Assembly (NCBI RefSeq): GCF_000150275.1
Contig: NW_002060960.1
Span: 62,001 to 126,000, forward strand
Length of the DNA stretch: 64,000 bases
Direction of reading: 5' to 3'
From: Trichoplax adhaerens
Lineage: Eukaryota > Animalia > Placozoa
This document shows positions 12,490-26,037 of the stretch, one piece after another. The notes below the pieces were generated by a model. The model made no database searches. It was not told the DNA's origin and saw only the letters and a program-made list of their open reading frames with translations. Made by a program: the position numbers and the translations under genes. Within the stretch, counting starts at the first letter, position 1. Each line of letters opens with the position of its first letter.

Positions 12490-13640
12490 GCTTGGTTTTT
12501 ACTCCCTATAATACCACGACTTCTATATTAGTCAATTCACGCTCGATTGGCTTTTCACACACATAAAATAAGTACAATCTGCAGCACGATTTCTCATCGC
12601 TGATACCTTTATGGTCCATAGTACAACCCTATTTGTGCAAAGCTTTTGGTGGATGAATCTATAATATAGATATGTAAGTTAGACCGTAACAGCAATATCT
12701 TTGTACATCTTTAAGAAAATCTTTACTTTACTCCGCTATCATAACAACTCGCAGTGCTATCCATTCATGCTGTTTTAGTTAACCACACATGTACAATGAA
12801 GTCTATTGCAAATTTCTTATAATGATACTTTTGTGACCCATAGTAGAAATTCTATTTATTGCCGAATTAAGCGAAAGATAAAGCATACGGGTGATTTTGG
12901 TGATTGGATCTACAGTATTGACCTCAAACAGCAATATCGATGAGTCGTTAAAGTTTTTACTTTACTTCCTTATTACATCATAATTTCGCAATTGTCGTTA
13001 ATATTGCGACTCCTATTGTAATCCACTCATGCTTGCTCAGTTTTTCATGTAAATACAAATACAGTTTACAGCCAGATTCCTGACCACTGATGCCTTTACG
13101 ACCTATAATTGCAATATGCCGGAGTCTTAACTAGTCTTTTCTTTACTCTCGTATAATATCACGACTCCTGTAGTAATCCATTCGTACTTGATCAGTTTTT
13201 CACTCTTAATACAATCAACAGCAAGATTTCTCATCACTGATGCCTCTATAGTCTATAACTGCAATATCCGTGAGTCTTTTAAACCCTATTTTATAGCTCT
13301 GTAATATCATGGCTTCTAGATCAATTCATTCATGCATGATTAGTTTTTCACACAATACAGTTTGAAGCAAATATTCTTTCATCACGGATGTCTTTACGAT
13401 CTATAAGTGCACTATGGACGAGTTTTTAAACAGTCTTCACTATCCTATAAAATTGTTACCGTCATTCTTAAAAATCTGTCATTTTACAAAATGCCTAGTG
13501 ATTTTTTAAAATGGCGGATTTTTAAATAAATGCGGTAACAACATCATAATGCTTATAGTAATCCATTCATGCTTGATCAGCTTTTCACCCACATACAATA
13601 CAGTTTATAGCAAGATTTCTCGTCAATGGTGCCTTGATAA
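12490..13640. repeat. Degenerate tandem repeat array, ~150-bp unit, about 6 copies
   Basis: Recurring consensus-like ATCACGACTCCT.TAGTAATCCATTCATGCTTGATCAGTTTTTCAC...TACAGTTT.CAGCAAGATTTCTCATCACTGATGCCTTTA. The TTTTCA anchor occurs at ~12551, 13041, 13196, 13343 and 13582. Confidence 0.85.
13453..13541. mobile_element. 89-bp foldback (MITE-like) insertion within the tandem array
   Basis: ~40-bp imperfect inverted arms TTGTTACCG...TTAAAAATCTGTCATTTT.CAAAAT / ATTTTTTAAAATGGCGGATTTTTAA...CGGTAACAA around the 8-nt loop GCCTAGTG. It lengthens the repeat spacing from ~150 to ~239 bp. Confidence 0.65.
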
Positions 13641-14188
13641 ACTACTGTATATAGCAGAAATTTTATTTACTGCTATATTAAAATAAACTAATGGATGCCG
13701 TTAGATAATGCCCTTTGTTATTACTTATCTATTATGCCCTTGCATTCAAGACGTTATGACGTAATCGACGAAATCAACGAAAGTAATTCAAGATGATAGA
13801 TAACACTGAGCGTTATGCCTCATAATAATCAATATTGAAAACGCCCAGTATTGTCTCGCGGATGATTGCAGGCTCGTTTCTACACCACTAGTCAAGGTTA
13901 TGAATAGACTTAAATCACTTGGAAAATTGCTGACGCCCAAGCATATAAACTGGCTTGCCTGGCAGTCAATTAATAATAGTCGCCGTTGTGAAGATAGGAC
14001 TCAAAGTTCATCGATTACGGGAGCATTATTTTCATTCAAGGTAACTGTAAATAGTTTTGCCATTTTTCCAGAAATGATAAATAGAAATTAATCGTTGCGA
14101 TAGGAGAAGGTAAAGCTAAGCTTTACTTATAGTCTGATTATCTTCTGTCATAGCGATTGATACAGCCAAGGAAAAGGAGTTGAAAATT

Positions 14189-17100
14189 ATGAAAAGTAGT
14201 GGCTTAATCAAGCATTTTCTATGCTTTGCTATACTGGTAAGTCGAACCGACAGGTAGATGTTATTTATCGCTTAATTGATCTTTTCCATGCTCGAGGTTA
14301 TAAGATTGATGAGCAATTGCTACCGTCGGTATAAATTAGAAAAGTAAAATGGTTTGTCGCACTTAGCTGGGATACTAATGTTGTCAACCATTAAATTGAT
14401 TATGATCATCTTTATTGGCCATGGTAATGAAGCTAATCTTTCTTGCTTTTATATTTTAGTCTGCCTTAATCTATGATGTCAAATCTGGTAAGTATGTAGT
14501 TAAACGAGTAGGTAATATTGTTTAAAGTACGATTCAAATGGATTTTTGCAACAAATTATGACTGATTATTTTTTCTTGAAGAGAATACAACGTAATTTAG
14601 TTGATTTATGGAAAAGACAAGAGCAAAATTTGTACTTTTAGCTATAAATATCACTTAATGATAGTTAAAGTTTAAGAATTGATGTGCAATTACAATTTAG
14701 CTACAACAATAACCATCCATAATCATTAATAAATGGAGGAGACCTTTACTCATTGAATATCAGCTTCTAAATCTTTTTAAAACCATGCCCTTTTTAACGA
14801 AAATAGCTGCAATCAGTTTATAGTCTGTTCTGTATCATAGTAAGAGTTTTCAATAGAAGCGAATAGGATTCCGCTAGTTGTAAATTATTTTTTTGAATCT
14901 ATTCATTACTGAAAAATGTTTCACCAAAACGAATTTACAATTTGAATAACTTCCCGCCAAACATTTTATGATTATTAGCCTCTTGCCCAGCAAATGAATG
15001 CTGTAATGGCAACAACGTGACCTCGCAGTCAGGCATTAAGAGTTGCTCTTGCGATCCGAATTACACGGGCCAATACTGCGATAAAAGTAAGTCCATCAAA
15101 TAGATACCGACTTATTAGACTACTGGGCACAATAAAAGGTAGTCTATCATTTCATTAAGAATAACTGTATGTCAATAATTGTGATATGAACTATTGGTAG
15201 GACTAGAAATTGCTCCAGTCATTCAAGTATTTGGTGCAAATGGTTTGCAAGGAAGTAACATTGCTATAAATTGTTTCCTTATAACTACGAATAATGGAAT
15301 GGGCGATGTTTCAACAACAGTCAATTTTACTTGGGTAATTGACGATAAAACTGTATCAGGTAATAGAATGAGTTTATACGTAAAACTGGGGAAAATCTTC
15401 AGGTTTAATAGAGTATTTTCACATATAGCGACAACTAATAGCGAGCATTTTTACATGATAATAGCAAATTCTTCGTTGTCCATTGTGAATGCGCCAACAT
15501 CTTCAGAACTTAAACTTTTAAGTATCGCATATCCAAGTCCGTATCAGATAGCTAAATGTATAGCAGCTAACAAAATCGGTTCTACATCTGCTCAAATTAA
15601 TATTACAGTCATTGCTCAAGGTCAGTAGAATTTAATAAACTTTATGTTTGAAAATAACAAGTACTCTGATATCAAAATCAAAGTATCCTAATCAAATAGA
15701 TATTCTAGGCAAATTTTTAGCTTTGATTTATGATTTGTAATCATATATAGTCTGGAAAGTCGTATGTCTCATCCGGAGTATTTATATCTTGTACTAGAGT
15801 AAATTTCTCTTCATTTATAACACTAAAAATGTCTACTTCTCTACTTATCTCTACCACAATTGCAAGCATGCGAGCTGCAAACTTACATCATACTTTATAA
15901 CGTATTAATCTACAATTACTTATAATTCTGAAAAAGATTCTTATTATAGCCTATAAAATTTTTCTGCATGTCAGAGTAGTCATTAAATAATAGTGCATGA
16001 TAAGCCAATCGATAATTTGTTTCAATATCCAACCTTTGGTGATATTAAATATTGTATTACCCTAATAGGTTCTTCCATTTGTCAAAGCGACAATTATAAG
16101 GATGTAGTATGGCAAATCTCTCGTCCAACCTCTACAACTTCACAAAAGTGCCCGTATCAAGCAATCGGTATGTTATGCTGGCCCTAATGTCAGACAATTA
16201 AATGTATTTGTAAGCTATTTCTTAAAAGGATTGAAATTGTAATCCTTTAATCTCACATAACAGATCACTTTTTTATGTTGACAAGGTACCGCTACACGTC
16301 GCTGTATTTATTTCGGTAATAATTCACATGGATGGGAGGAACCTAATTTTTTAAACTGTATTAGAGGACAGCTTATGCTCCTAAACTCCTGGATTAAGGT
16401 ACTGTATAGCACCTTTGTTTTGGTTTAAAATGGATAACTATGTCAGTAGCATTCATTCATTTTCTTCAACGTATAATGTGAAAACTACTATATAGTCATT
16501 CTTTTACATGAATATATTTTCAGGAAGCTGTAGCTAGTAAATAATTAATAGATCATTACATTGGCAATTTTATAGTACTCTCTCAAATTTATGCTATAAC
16601 TTTGATATTAATCATGATAACGTTTATTATTCCTACGATATTAATCTTTCTAGCATTACGATGTTTAGGACTTTTATTCGAAGATATTTATGTCACACGA
16701 GATAAATTTTATTTTATTTTTAAACTAGAATTCATCCAGTTCAATTCGAGCAAGCGCAATAAATCAAATTATTAATAGTCTAGGGCCAGCACTAACCTAT
16801 ACAAAGGCGATGCCCTTATTAACTGGAGATTTAAATACAGCAACCAATATTATACAGGGGCTATCGTCTCTAGCGACAAATTACAGTGCAACCCAATCAA
16901 TGGTAAGTTTATTAAAAAATACATTAAATGTGTAGCTTTAGAAATTCTGTTATACGATATAACATTCAAATTTTGTCTAGTCCATAGCTACAGCTGTTCA
17001 AAATATCATAAACGCTGACAATGCTAATGGATGGAGCTATATCACTAAGCAAGCAGTAAGTCGCTAGAGATGCTGTCTATCCTTGCCATTTTGAGTGAAT

Positions 17101-20100
17101 CGAATCTATGAGCGAAACGCAATAACGTTATTAAGCTATAAATAACTACGCAACAATAGCTAAAGAAATAAATAAGAAATTTCTAATGTAATGTTCATTT
17201 TTAATTTTGCAGAATAGCGCAAGGCTCGCCACCTTAATTCAGAGTTTAAACGATATTGGACTTAAAACTAACTTTTCTGGCCAATCTTTAGCCATAAATA
17301 AGAATACCTATCGTAAGAACACGGATAAAAATACAACAAATACTATTTTATGTACTTCATGGAATCAATATTTTAGTGCTTTATATAGCCGTATGTATGC
17401 CTAATTCTAATTGTAACACTTTTTAATCATATGCTGCTTCAGATTCATACATTCAGTCAACCAATGCTAATACTTCCGTCATAACTATACCGTATGCTTC
17501 AAGTACAACTCAATTCTTAACCACTACCAGCTTAAGTTTCAACGATAACTTATTTGCTGCTAATAATGGTTTGTATTTATTCATTAGTAGAAACCAGCCA
17601 TAGATAGGATCTCCGATAAATTAGCCTATTCGTTAAATTGTTCTAGCATGCAATGATGCATAATTATCATTTGCTTAACTATTGATCGGGCAGTAAAATC
17701 ATTGCCGATGAAAGTTTTCTATTTTCATATGTAAAGTTACCAGTTGAAAATTAATAGCATTGTCCACTTTTTATCATTCCAGTTATAAAAATCACTAAAG
17801 TAGCCGCCTCTAAATTTTCTTCATTACAAAATCTATGGCCAGTAGTTCGTACTGATCTTGATTCCAGGTAAACAAGCATTGAATCATAAATTAGCTTTGA
17901 AGTAGATTATAAATGAATATTGGAACATGCTCTATTCTACCAATGATCATATTATAAAGTAACCTTATTTCTTTCTATCGCTACATAATCATACGCGTAT
18001 CCCTAACAGCATAGAATTAAGTGCCGAGAATGAACTAGCCATGCTATCGGAAGTAGTATCAGCGACTACCTTACCCAAAATCTCTAATACAACTCTCAGC
18101 AATATCTACATCAACTATCAACACTTCCAAACTAACGTAAATTTTCCAATTATAACATTCCAGAAATACTTTAATCTTCGTATTGCTTAAAATTTATCAT
18201 CGATTTTTTGATTACAGGTTACAATCAGTACAACTTCAATTATTTGTGCATATTTCGATATCACAAGGTAAGAGAATAAACGCTTGTACAGTTTCCCTAC
18301 ATCCTATTGCTACGAAATGAGATTTTTACTAGTTATATGAATACAGTTTTATAAGTTTACTCTAATTTTAACCCATTTTGTTTGATAACTGTGGCATATC
18401 CACTTAAACATAAAATTTCGTAGTGTGTTAGTCTATCGAGAGACTATCGGTAAAATCGTTGCCTACATGCTTTATTTTAATATATCATCATCACTATATA
18501 TGAATCATCGGCCCTTATTTTATTTATGGAATATTATGACATTTGTTAGTATATGCAATAGGTCGTTGGTAAATTGTTAGCTTTGTTCAGTTATATAACG
18601 GCATAGTAACTATAACCTTTAGCTTAATGCTCTATCTCTACTGAAATTGTTTGGAAATTTCTAGCGAATCTTCCTTGTTATACAGCAGAAGATTTTCAAA
18701 ATTGTATCGCTTGTAATTGTACGTACGACTAATTTTCATTCCATCATTGAATATGACAGCGGTAAATGGAACAACAAAACTTGCTCAAGAGTTAAAGATA
18801 ATGTGACCAATCCTAAAACATCCAGATGTGACTGCAACGCATTTGGTGTTTATGGTTTATTATATATTAAACCAAAACAAATTGTAAGTAGAGTATGATA
18901 AAATGTATGTTTTGCTTTGTGTTAGTTAACTGCTTATAATGACTACGATTATGGCCATGTTCATTCAAGGTGAATTTAAGTGCCTTTTCATTCAATTTTC
19001 CCGTCCATATAGATTGCTCCAATTTACTTTACACTTCCGACAACATTCCCATGCTTTGCAGTTGGCATTGGTGGTAGCTTAGTCACCCTCATTATTCATA
19101 TTGTCTTAGCTATGTAAGTTATGTATAAATCAAATTTTGCAAATCGTAGATTAATCATTAACTAGATATTTCTTGCACAACTTTCTATGGTATCTATTCA
19201 ATCACACTCATTTTTGCATTAATGTTATTTACTAATTAAATCAACGTGCAATTTCTTTAATTTTTAATTTTAATTCTATCGAAAATGTCACAATAAAAGC
19301 CGTAGCCGAGGAAGAAAAAGTATTTCATCAATAAACTTATGCTTTACTACATTCGCCGCCAGCATATTGATTATTGTTGGCCCATTTCTGCAACTTATTA
19401 ATGTTAAAGTTAATGTAAGTCCAAGATAGAAAAAATTCTCTTGCTATCGCTATAAAAGAACATACAAAATCAGCGTAGAAATTTAAATAATTGTTTTAAT
19501 CGAATCTATAAATTATTCTTAATATAGTGGGCAAGTTTTTGCTTACCTGTTGCTATTACCACCCATGATCTCGCTTTGATTGCGTCGATGGCGACAATTG
19601 TTGAAGTCCACTTTCATATGAATGGCGTAATCAATGCTAAATCCAAAGTGAATGAACTGGGTTTAGTACTCTTATCCTACGGTACTGCAATTATTTATTG
19701 GCTACAGCATATGCATAAGTGCTTTTAAACTTTTAAAACTAGAAATTATAATATAGTACTTTATAAGCTAATTGATAAATCCTTGCTAACAGTTTTTAAA
19801 GTGTAGCTATTACCAGCTATAATTACATTTGGTCTTAAAATGTTTTATAGCACGACAAACGGAGGAGTTTTCGGTCGTCATATGAAGCATTTGATCATTT
19901 GTTAGATAGAAATCGTTGAACAATAACTGCTGTTATTAGACTTCTAAATTACTTTCAAGGGATTTAGCTATCCCATTAGCTAACCATAGCGTATATATAT
20001 ATAACATCATATTTTATGGTAATAAATAGTACTATCTGAAAAATTACAATATTTCTTGCTACTAAATTGCTTAATATGCTAATTTTTATGGAATATTATA

Positions 20101-22155
20101 AAGTAGGCTATTATCTTGAATATCATTTAATTTACGCTATATCTTACTCGTAGATTCATTGAATAACAATCACGTTTGTCATTGAATTTTAATATATAAT
20201 TAAGGCTTCATAATAATTTCACAAAACAAATCGTTACCAATAATTCATTTTAAATTTCAAAGCTTCTCATTTATCAGAGTTTATTATATAATTACCATTC
20301 TAAAGTTGAAATACAATTATGCAAATATCAAATCTTTTTAAATAATATGCCAACGGTCGCATTCTTTTTTACTAGCCAAATCATGAATTAGTTTAGAGTT
20401 TAAATGAAGAAATAAGTATTGCCATTTTATATAAAACTAAAAAATATAATAACGTAGACTGTATAACAATGCAAGATAACCAGAACACCTTAAAAAAAAT
20501 TAACGGATTTAACTGTATATAGGTTTGAAAATTAGCACCTTCTATATCACTGAAATCATGTTATTAAATTTATACCTAATTTAGGAATCCCTGGTATGAT
20601 TGTTGGACCTATTGCAGGAGCTTTTTCAAGAATTTATGTTAATCCGCAAACGTGAGTTGGAATAAATTATATTGTGAAACATTTGCATAAAAACTCTACT
20701 TATAAATATCAAGCTGCCTATGCGTTCTTGAAATGCGCTGTTTTGTGATAAATTAAATCTTTCCTTGAAAATCAGATAATACTACTTGTCTGTATTCCAC
20801 GTAAACCAATTACAAACTATCTCGGAGCTAAGCCAAAAATTTTCTAAAATTAGTCCTAACATTTGATCATACGCATTCGTTCTCCTTCAAATGAAGAAAT
20901 TATACCATTAGAGTACTTCCAGAGCCAAAGCCATGAGGCAGTCTCAACTATGCGATACCACTATTAATTAGGATACCTAATTGCTTTCACCGAATTATAC
21001 AAATGATCTAGCTTACTAACTAAACCTTTATCCTAATTATACAGAAAATATAATTAGAACTAGTTATTAATTGATGCTTAATACTTGACTTTTTTTACAG
21101 ATGTTGGTTGAGCAACAACAATAACTTATCGCTAACCTTTCTAGTCCCGGTGGCTGTCTTTGCCTTTGTAATGATAATCTAGCAGTTGTTGCGATTTCTT
21201 GTCGTCTGCAATCAAATAAAGCTAAATTCTTAGTCCTTACAATACTAAAGAAATATCTAATGAATTCAAAATTGTGCATAACTAGGTTGCCCTGGTCGTA
21301 TACTTTGTATCAATCTATAAATATTATGCCAGTACAACGAAATACACCCGAAAAAATATTTCGTAAGTAAACCAATATACTAATTTTAATAGATGCTTTT
21401 GATTTTATCTCGCCAATACGGTCCCAAGTTCAACATGAAATAATGGTTAATATTATAGCATTAGATAAATCAAAGCAGTATATTCACCTAATAGTTGATC
21501 ACACATTTAGTATTATTATTACTTTATCTCGAAGATTTAGTATTTGACTGCACTTTTTTATGCTTACTCTTTTCAGAAAACATATCATACTGTTACTGAT
21601 ACTGATGATTTCCATGTTTGGAGCTTATATTATTACCGGTTTAAACTATCGACAGAAGTTGGATGAAATATTTTTCTACATTTTTGACGTTTTAATTGCC
21701 TTACAGGTTAGGGTTTTTTCTTCATAAGAATAATTAATATATGGCAGTAAAGCTAATACAATCATTTTTCACTGTTTATTACTCAATAGGGTATCACCCT
21801 TTTCATACTGTGCATTTTTACTAGCTTAAAGGTCAGCTTTAAACCTTAATCTATTTCGAGATATTTCAGGCAAATTGATTTAAGAAAGCTTTGACTAGAT
21901 CAATTTGAGTTAATAAATATTAATTGCAAATATATTATAAGAATATAAAGGCGTGTTAATCTATCTCAAATACGTTTTTTCAATTATCATTATAGTACGA
22001 TGTCACTGGAAGAAACAGAGATAGGTAAGGAATTAACTTCAATTTCAGTTTCATTTACTCAATCTCATTAATGGTAAAATTAACTCTTTAATTTACACCA
22101 ACCCAGCTTACGCATCGCCGAGACCAAAAATTTAGATGAAGAGACTAAAATATAA
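14189..22155 (+). CDS. Adhesion GPCR (signal peptide-EGF-Ig-HRM-GAIN/GPS-7TM), divergent, ~25 exons
   Basis: Signal peptide MKSSGLIKHFLCFAIL|SALIYDVKS. EGF exon 14979-15086 (CSCDPNYTGQYCD). Ig domain (NIAINC..FTW..AKCIAANKIG). HRM (CQSD..W..CPYQAIGTATRRC..W.EPNFLNC). GAIN motif LLTGDL. GPS CAYFD..GKW..TC..CDCN. 7TM motifs SINLC, YGIP, CWLS and LQG. Stop at 22153-22155. Confidence 0.88.
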
Positions 22156-22514
22156 AAGACGGCACAGATCTCCATCCGGAATAACTCGTTCTAAAATCTA
22201 CCGGTTGCAAAATTTTTTAATTTTGAAATTAAAATCCGAAGATTTTCACTTTTTAATGTTGCATTCTAGCAACCATGCCTTTTAGCAACTTTGCTAAATC
22301 ATGGCTGAGTTGAATTCTATTTATAAGATTCGGACTAAAAAAGAGTAAAGGAATTCATGTTTGTGTTTGCGTTACTACTACTACAACATACTAGCCCTAT
22401 TTAATGGCTCATTCCAGAGCAATTTCTATAAATCAACAGTAAAATCAAGAGCGTTTAATTTCCACGATAGGCTAAAAATATTCTAAACACTGCTGATAAT
22501 AATCCATAGTTACG

Positions 22515-23930
22515 GTTTTTGAATTTTTATAATATCAGATATTACCAAAAATTTTTTAAAATAGGTAATTAATTGATACCAGTACAATTTCATTGCTACG
22601 TTCTTCTCTTACAGATAGTCTTGTAGGTAGAAATTTTACAATTAGATCGGCAATTAGATTGTATTGATAGACTAGCCTATGTTAATCAGACAGATACATT
22701 TGATAAATAGATACAGTAAGCTGTATTATTTTTAAGATACCTGCGATTGGAATAAATTACTTAGTCAACTGTCGTGATAATATATGTTACTTTAATCAAG
22801 GAGTTGAATAAATCGATACATGCAAATCCTTTTTCTGTTTATTAAGGCATAATTTACTGCCGAAATAACGCGAATATTGCAAGCAACACAATTAAAATCA
22901 GATTTATCACTTCCTTGTGATATACTGTATGAACGCAAAGTTAAGTTGTAAGAGTTACGTGCATATGTAATACTGTCAAATGACTAACTTATCATTAATA
23001 ATTTTATTCTCTATCAAATTGCAGCCAGTTTTATAAATTACCTATAACAGTATTATATTTTAATTTCGTTATTAAGTTAAGCAGGTGCTATACCCAATTT
23101 ATTTCATGAGTAAGGAGTTGATAACATATAAATTATTTAGACACAATTTATATTTTATTTTAGGTATGCTGATACCACTTTATAAAATAGGAAATAGTAT
23201 ACTGTCAAAATTTTGAATTCTCAAGAGAATCGCTTATAGCAATCAGTTTAATGTAAAATAAGATTGCTTATCTAGGAATGTGTCAAATTATCAGTGACAT
23301 GTTTTACATGATTTCAATAGAAAATTGCTTAATTTTACAGCACTATTTATTTCTGAATTGTTTAACAAATTTCGAGTTCTGTTTGTTTAAAGGGAGCCTA
23401 TCGCTTCTAATGCTTCTTCTAATGATAGAATATCGTTAGCATTTAGAGTTTTGGTGTTTGTAAAAGTTAAAGAGAACAAAGCTGAAAGTAGACTCGTAGT
23501 GCTGTGATTTCTGCTATAGTTTTAAATATTCCTCGTTACAAATTTATAACATTGCCCATACGAAAGCTCACTCGAGAGTGATCTCAATAGATCTATAGTA
23601 AATCAAGCGTGCATGATCTCTAGCATAAGTTTCAAGTGTTGTAAATACCGATAATTAATTATAACGATTGTTAACATTTTAAAATTTTTTAATATCTAAG
23701 AATTTCCAAAAAATTAAAAATTGATTATTAATCAATTCCAGTGCAATTTCATGGCTATATACTTCTGTTATAGATGCTCTTGTCAGCAGAGAAGATATTA
23801 TTACTAGATAAGCCTATTAATTGTACCGATAGACGGTTATATGATAAGCAAATAAGTATTTTTGTTGAATGGTAAATCAAAGCTTCATTTTAATCTCTAT
23901 TGAATTGCAGCCAGTTTTTTTAATAATTCG
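22515..23930. repeat. Degenerate local duplication (~22515-22690 and 23005-23040 match ~23675-23850 and 23892-23930)
   Basis: Shared CCAGT.CAATTTCAT.GCTA..TTCT.TTA.AGAT..TCTTGT and CTCTAT..AATTGCAGCCAGTTTTT segments. Confidence 0.7.
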
Positions 23931-26037
23931 TATAATGCAATTGTAGTGTATTTAGAACATACAACGGCTATATTCTACTCTTAAATATAGACATCTTGTA
24001 TGATCTTATATTGAGACATATCTTCAGTCTGTTCGCTCTACATTCAAATATGGCTTACTACATTTAGTTATTACAGTCCTCGCTATTTTCTACAATCATC
24101 TGCTATTCTATAATCTGTTATGACATATGTTGAATCTAATCCTACAATCATGTTCTCTGCATGTGTTTTAATGCCATAGCTATAAATACCGCCGTTTTTT
24201 CTACCTTTGATTTCTTAAGTTACATTATTAGTCACAGGTAGTATTCACACTTTACTCATGGCAACTAAAACCACATTATCTGACCTGACTCTTCGAACCC
24301 TCCATCACTACAATCCTATATAAATACCCGTATATTGTAAAATTATTGAATCAATTGCAATGAGTAAGAAAAGAGTTTACAATCTAGATTAGGCGTAGAT
24401 GAATTAAATAGCAATGAATTAGTTTATAAATTGGGCAAAATAAGCGTAACAAGTCATTCACAAATGTACGCATATGTGATAATAAGAACTCATCAGATAA
24501 GATAGCCTTTACTGGAAAAGTCAAGCTACTTTCTATTCATGTCGCTCTATAGCTAAGAATATTTTCAATAATGAAAACCTAAGAAGCTCTCTTAGTTTAT
24601 GACTCTAGTCTAGAGTTAACTAATCTATTCTTTTTCGATATCAACTAGAACTCTTGTCTGTTACAGCTGAAATGCTAACATTAAGACCCTCAGTTAGATG
24701 GAGAGCTACTAGTTGCATCGCAATTGAGACAGAGGTTATATTATTATTTGTTAAATTCAAATTTTTGCATTGTATGATTAAGTACCGCAGTGCACTAGTG
24801 CTTGAAATTACTAAATATTGACTCGATAGAGGATATCTACAGTACAATAATAACAAGATCGTTTTATGAGTATACATTAAGCCCGCAACGTATTTAAAAT
24901 ATCAAGATTGAGCAAGTATAAGAAGATTAATAGTTATAATTAATGTATCATTTAAAGAGTTTTCTCGTTGAATTGAGTATAGAAAAGTATGACAGTCAGC
25001 GTATAAGCGATTTAGCTCTGTATTCAATTATCCCACGTCTGATATTCAATACAAGTTAGCAAGACGATATCATGATACGTCTGTGAACATCATACAGAAC
25101 CAATTAAGCTTACTGTCGTCCAATGTCATATCTTTTCGGCCATCTCCATCTTCCATATACCAATAATACAGAAGAAATAATACAGTGTATATTCATGTAT
25201 TCCGATGTACTACGAATCGTATGTTAAGAGTATGCATATGATATCATCTTTAATGCATACGGTATGCCACGGTGTACGAAAGCGTTATCACAAATAATTC
25301 CATCTGAGGAGTAATAATTCTTAATTAACAGTATTTAAAATCTGCTTTGTTACGAACAGTTGCTATGCCATATAAATACTTCTATTCATTTTGGTTACAA
25401 AATTGTACTGGTTTTATTACATAAGGAACAATGTCCTACTCATGATATTGCCCCTCAATTTACAGCTATTCTGGTACTTTATAGCAAGAGCATTAGACAT
25501 TAGAGAAGCAACTGGGTAAACCAGTTAATTACTTTCTAAGCTTATTGTCATCTACCAATATCTACCACATTGGATAATGTAGTAGAGTATATCTTAAGGT
25601 ATATTTTATACTGTACCAGGCACTTTTATACTCAATGATAATGAGCGGTAATCTCCAATTAAGAATGTTTTTCATTGCATGCCATTATAGCGCTGCAAGT
25701 AACTATAGAAACTTTTTTCTGAGTGCCGCCCCTAAATTGTTGTTGTCTTATAGCCTACACTATATAACTCCACAGGCATGACGAGGTACCTATGTTAATT
25801 ACTTTCGATAATTATCTTTGTCAAGCTATATCTACGACACCAAATAATATAATTGACCAGATCTTTATTACATGACAATCGGTGATAAAGTCACAAATTA
25901 TTAGCCTAGAAGAAAGCTATCTTTAATAATTGTAGTAATCTTCGTTTACTGTAAGTCTTATTTGCCATCTCATAATTGAACTGTTTGTTTAGCTAATGTT
26001 ATCTGATATTGAATCTGTTATTCGTTAGATTTTAAGT

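Noticed and set aside
12490-13640. Possible CRISPR-like array
   Set aside because: Whole units are homologous and diverged, with no identical repeats or unique spacers, no cas genes, and a eukaryotic context.
19807-19905. Hydrophobic frame LLPAIITFGLKMFY as an alternative TM4 exon
   Set aside because: Its phase is incompatible with the upstream phase-1 donor; the exon at ~20585-20651 (GIPGMIVGP) fits both neighbours.
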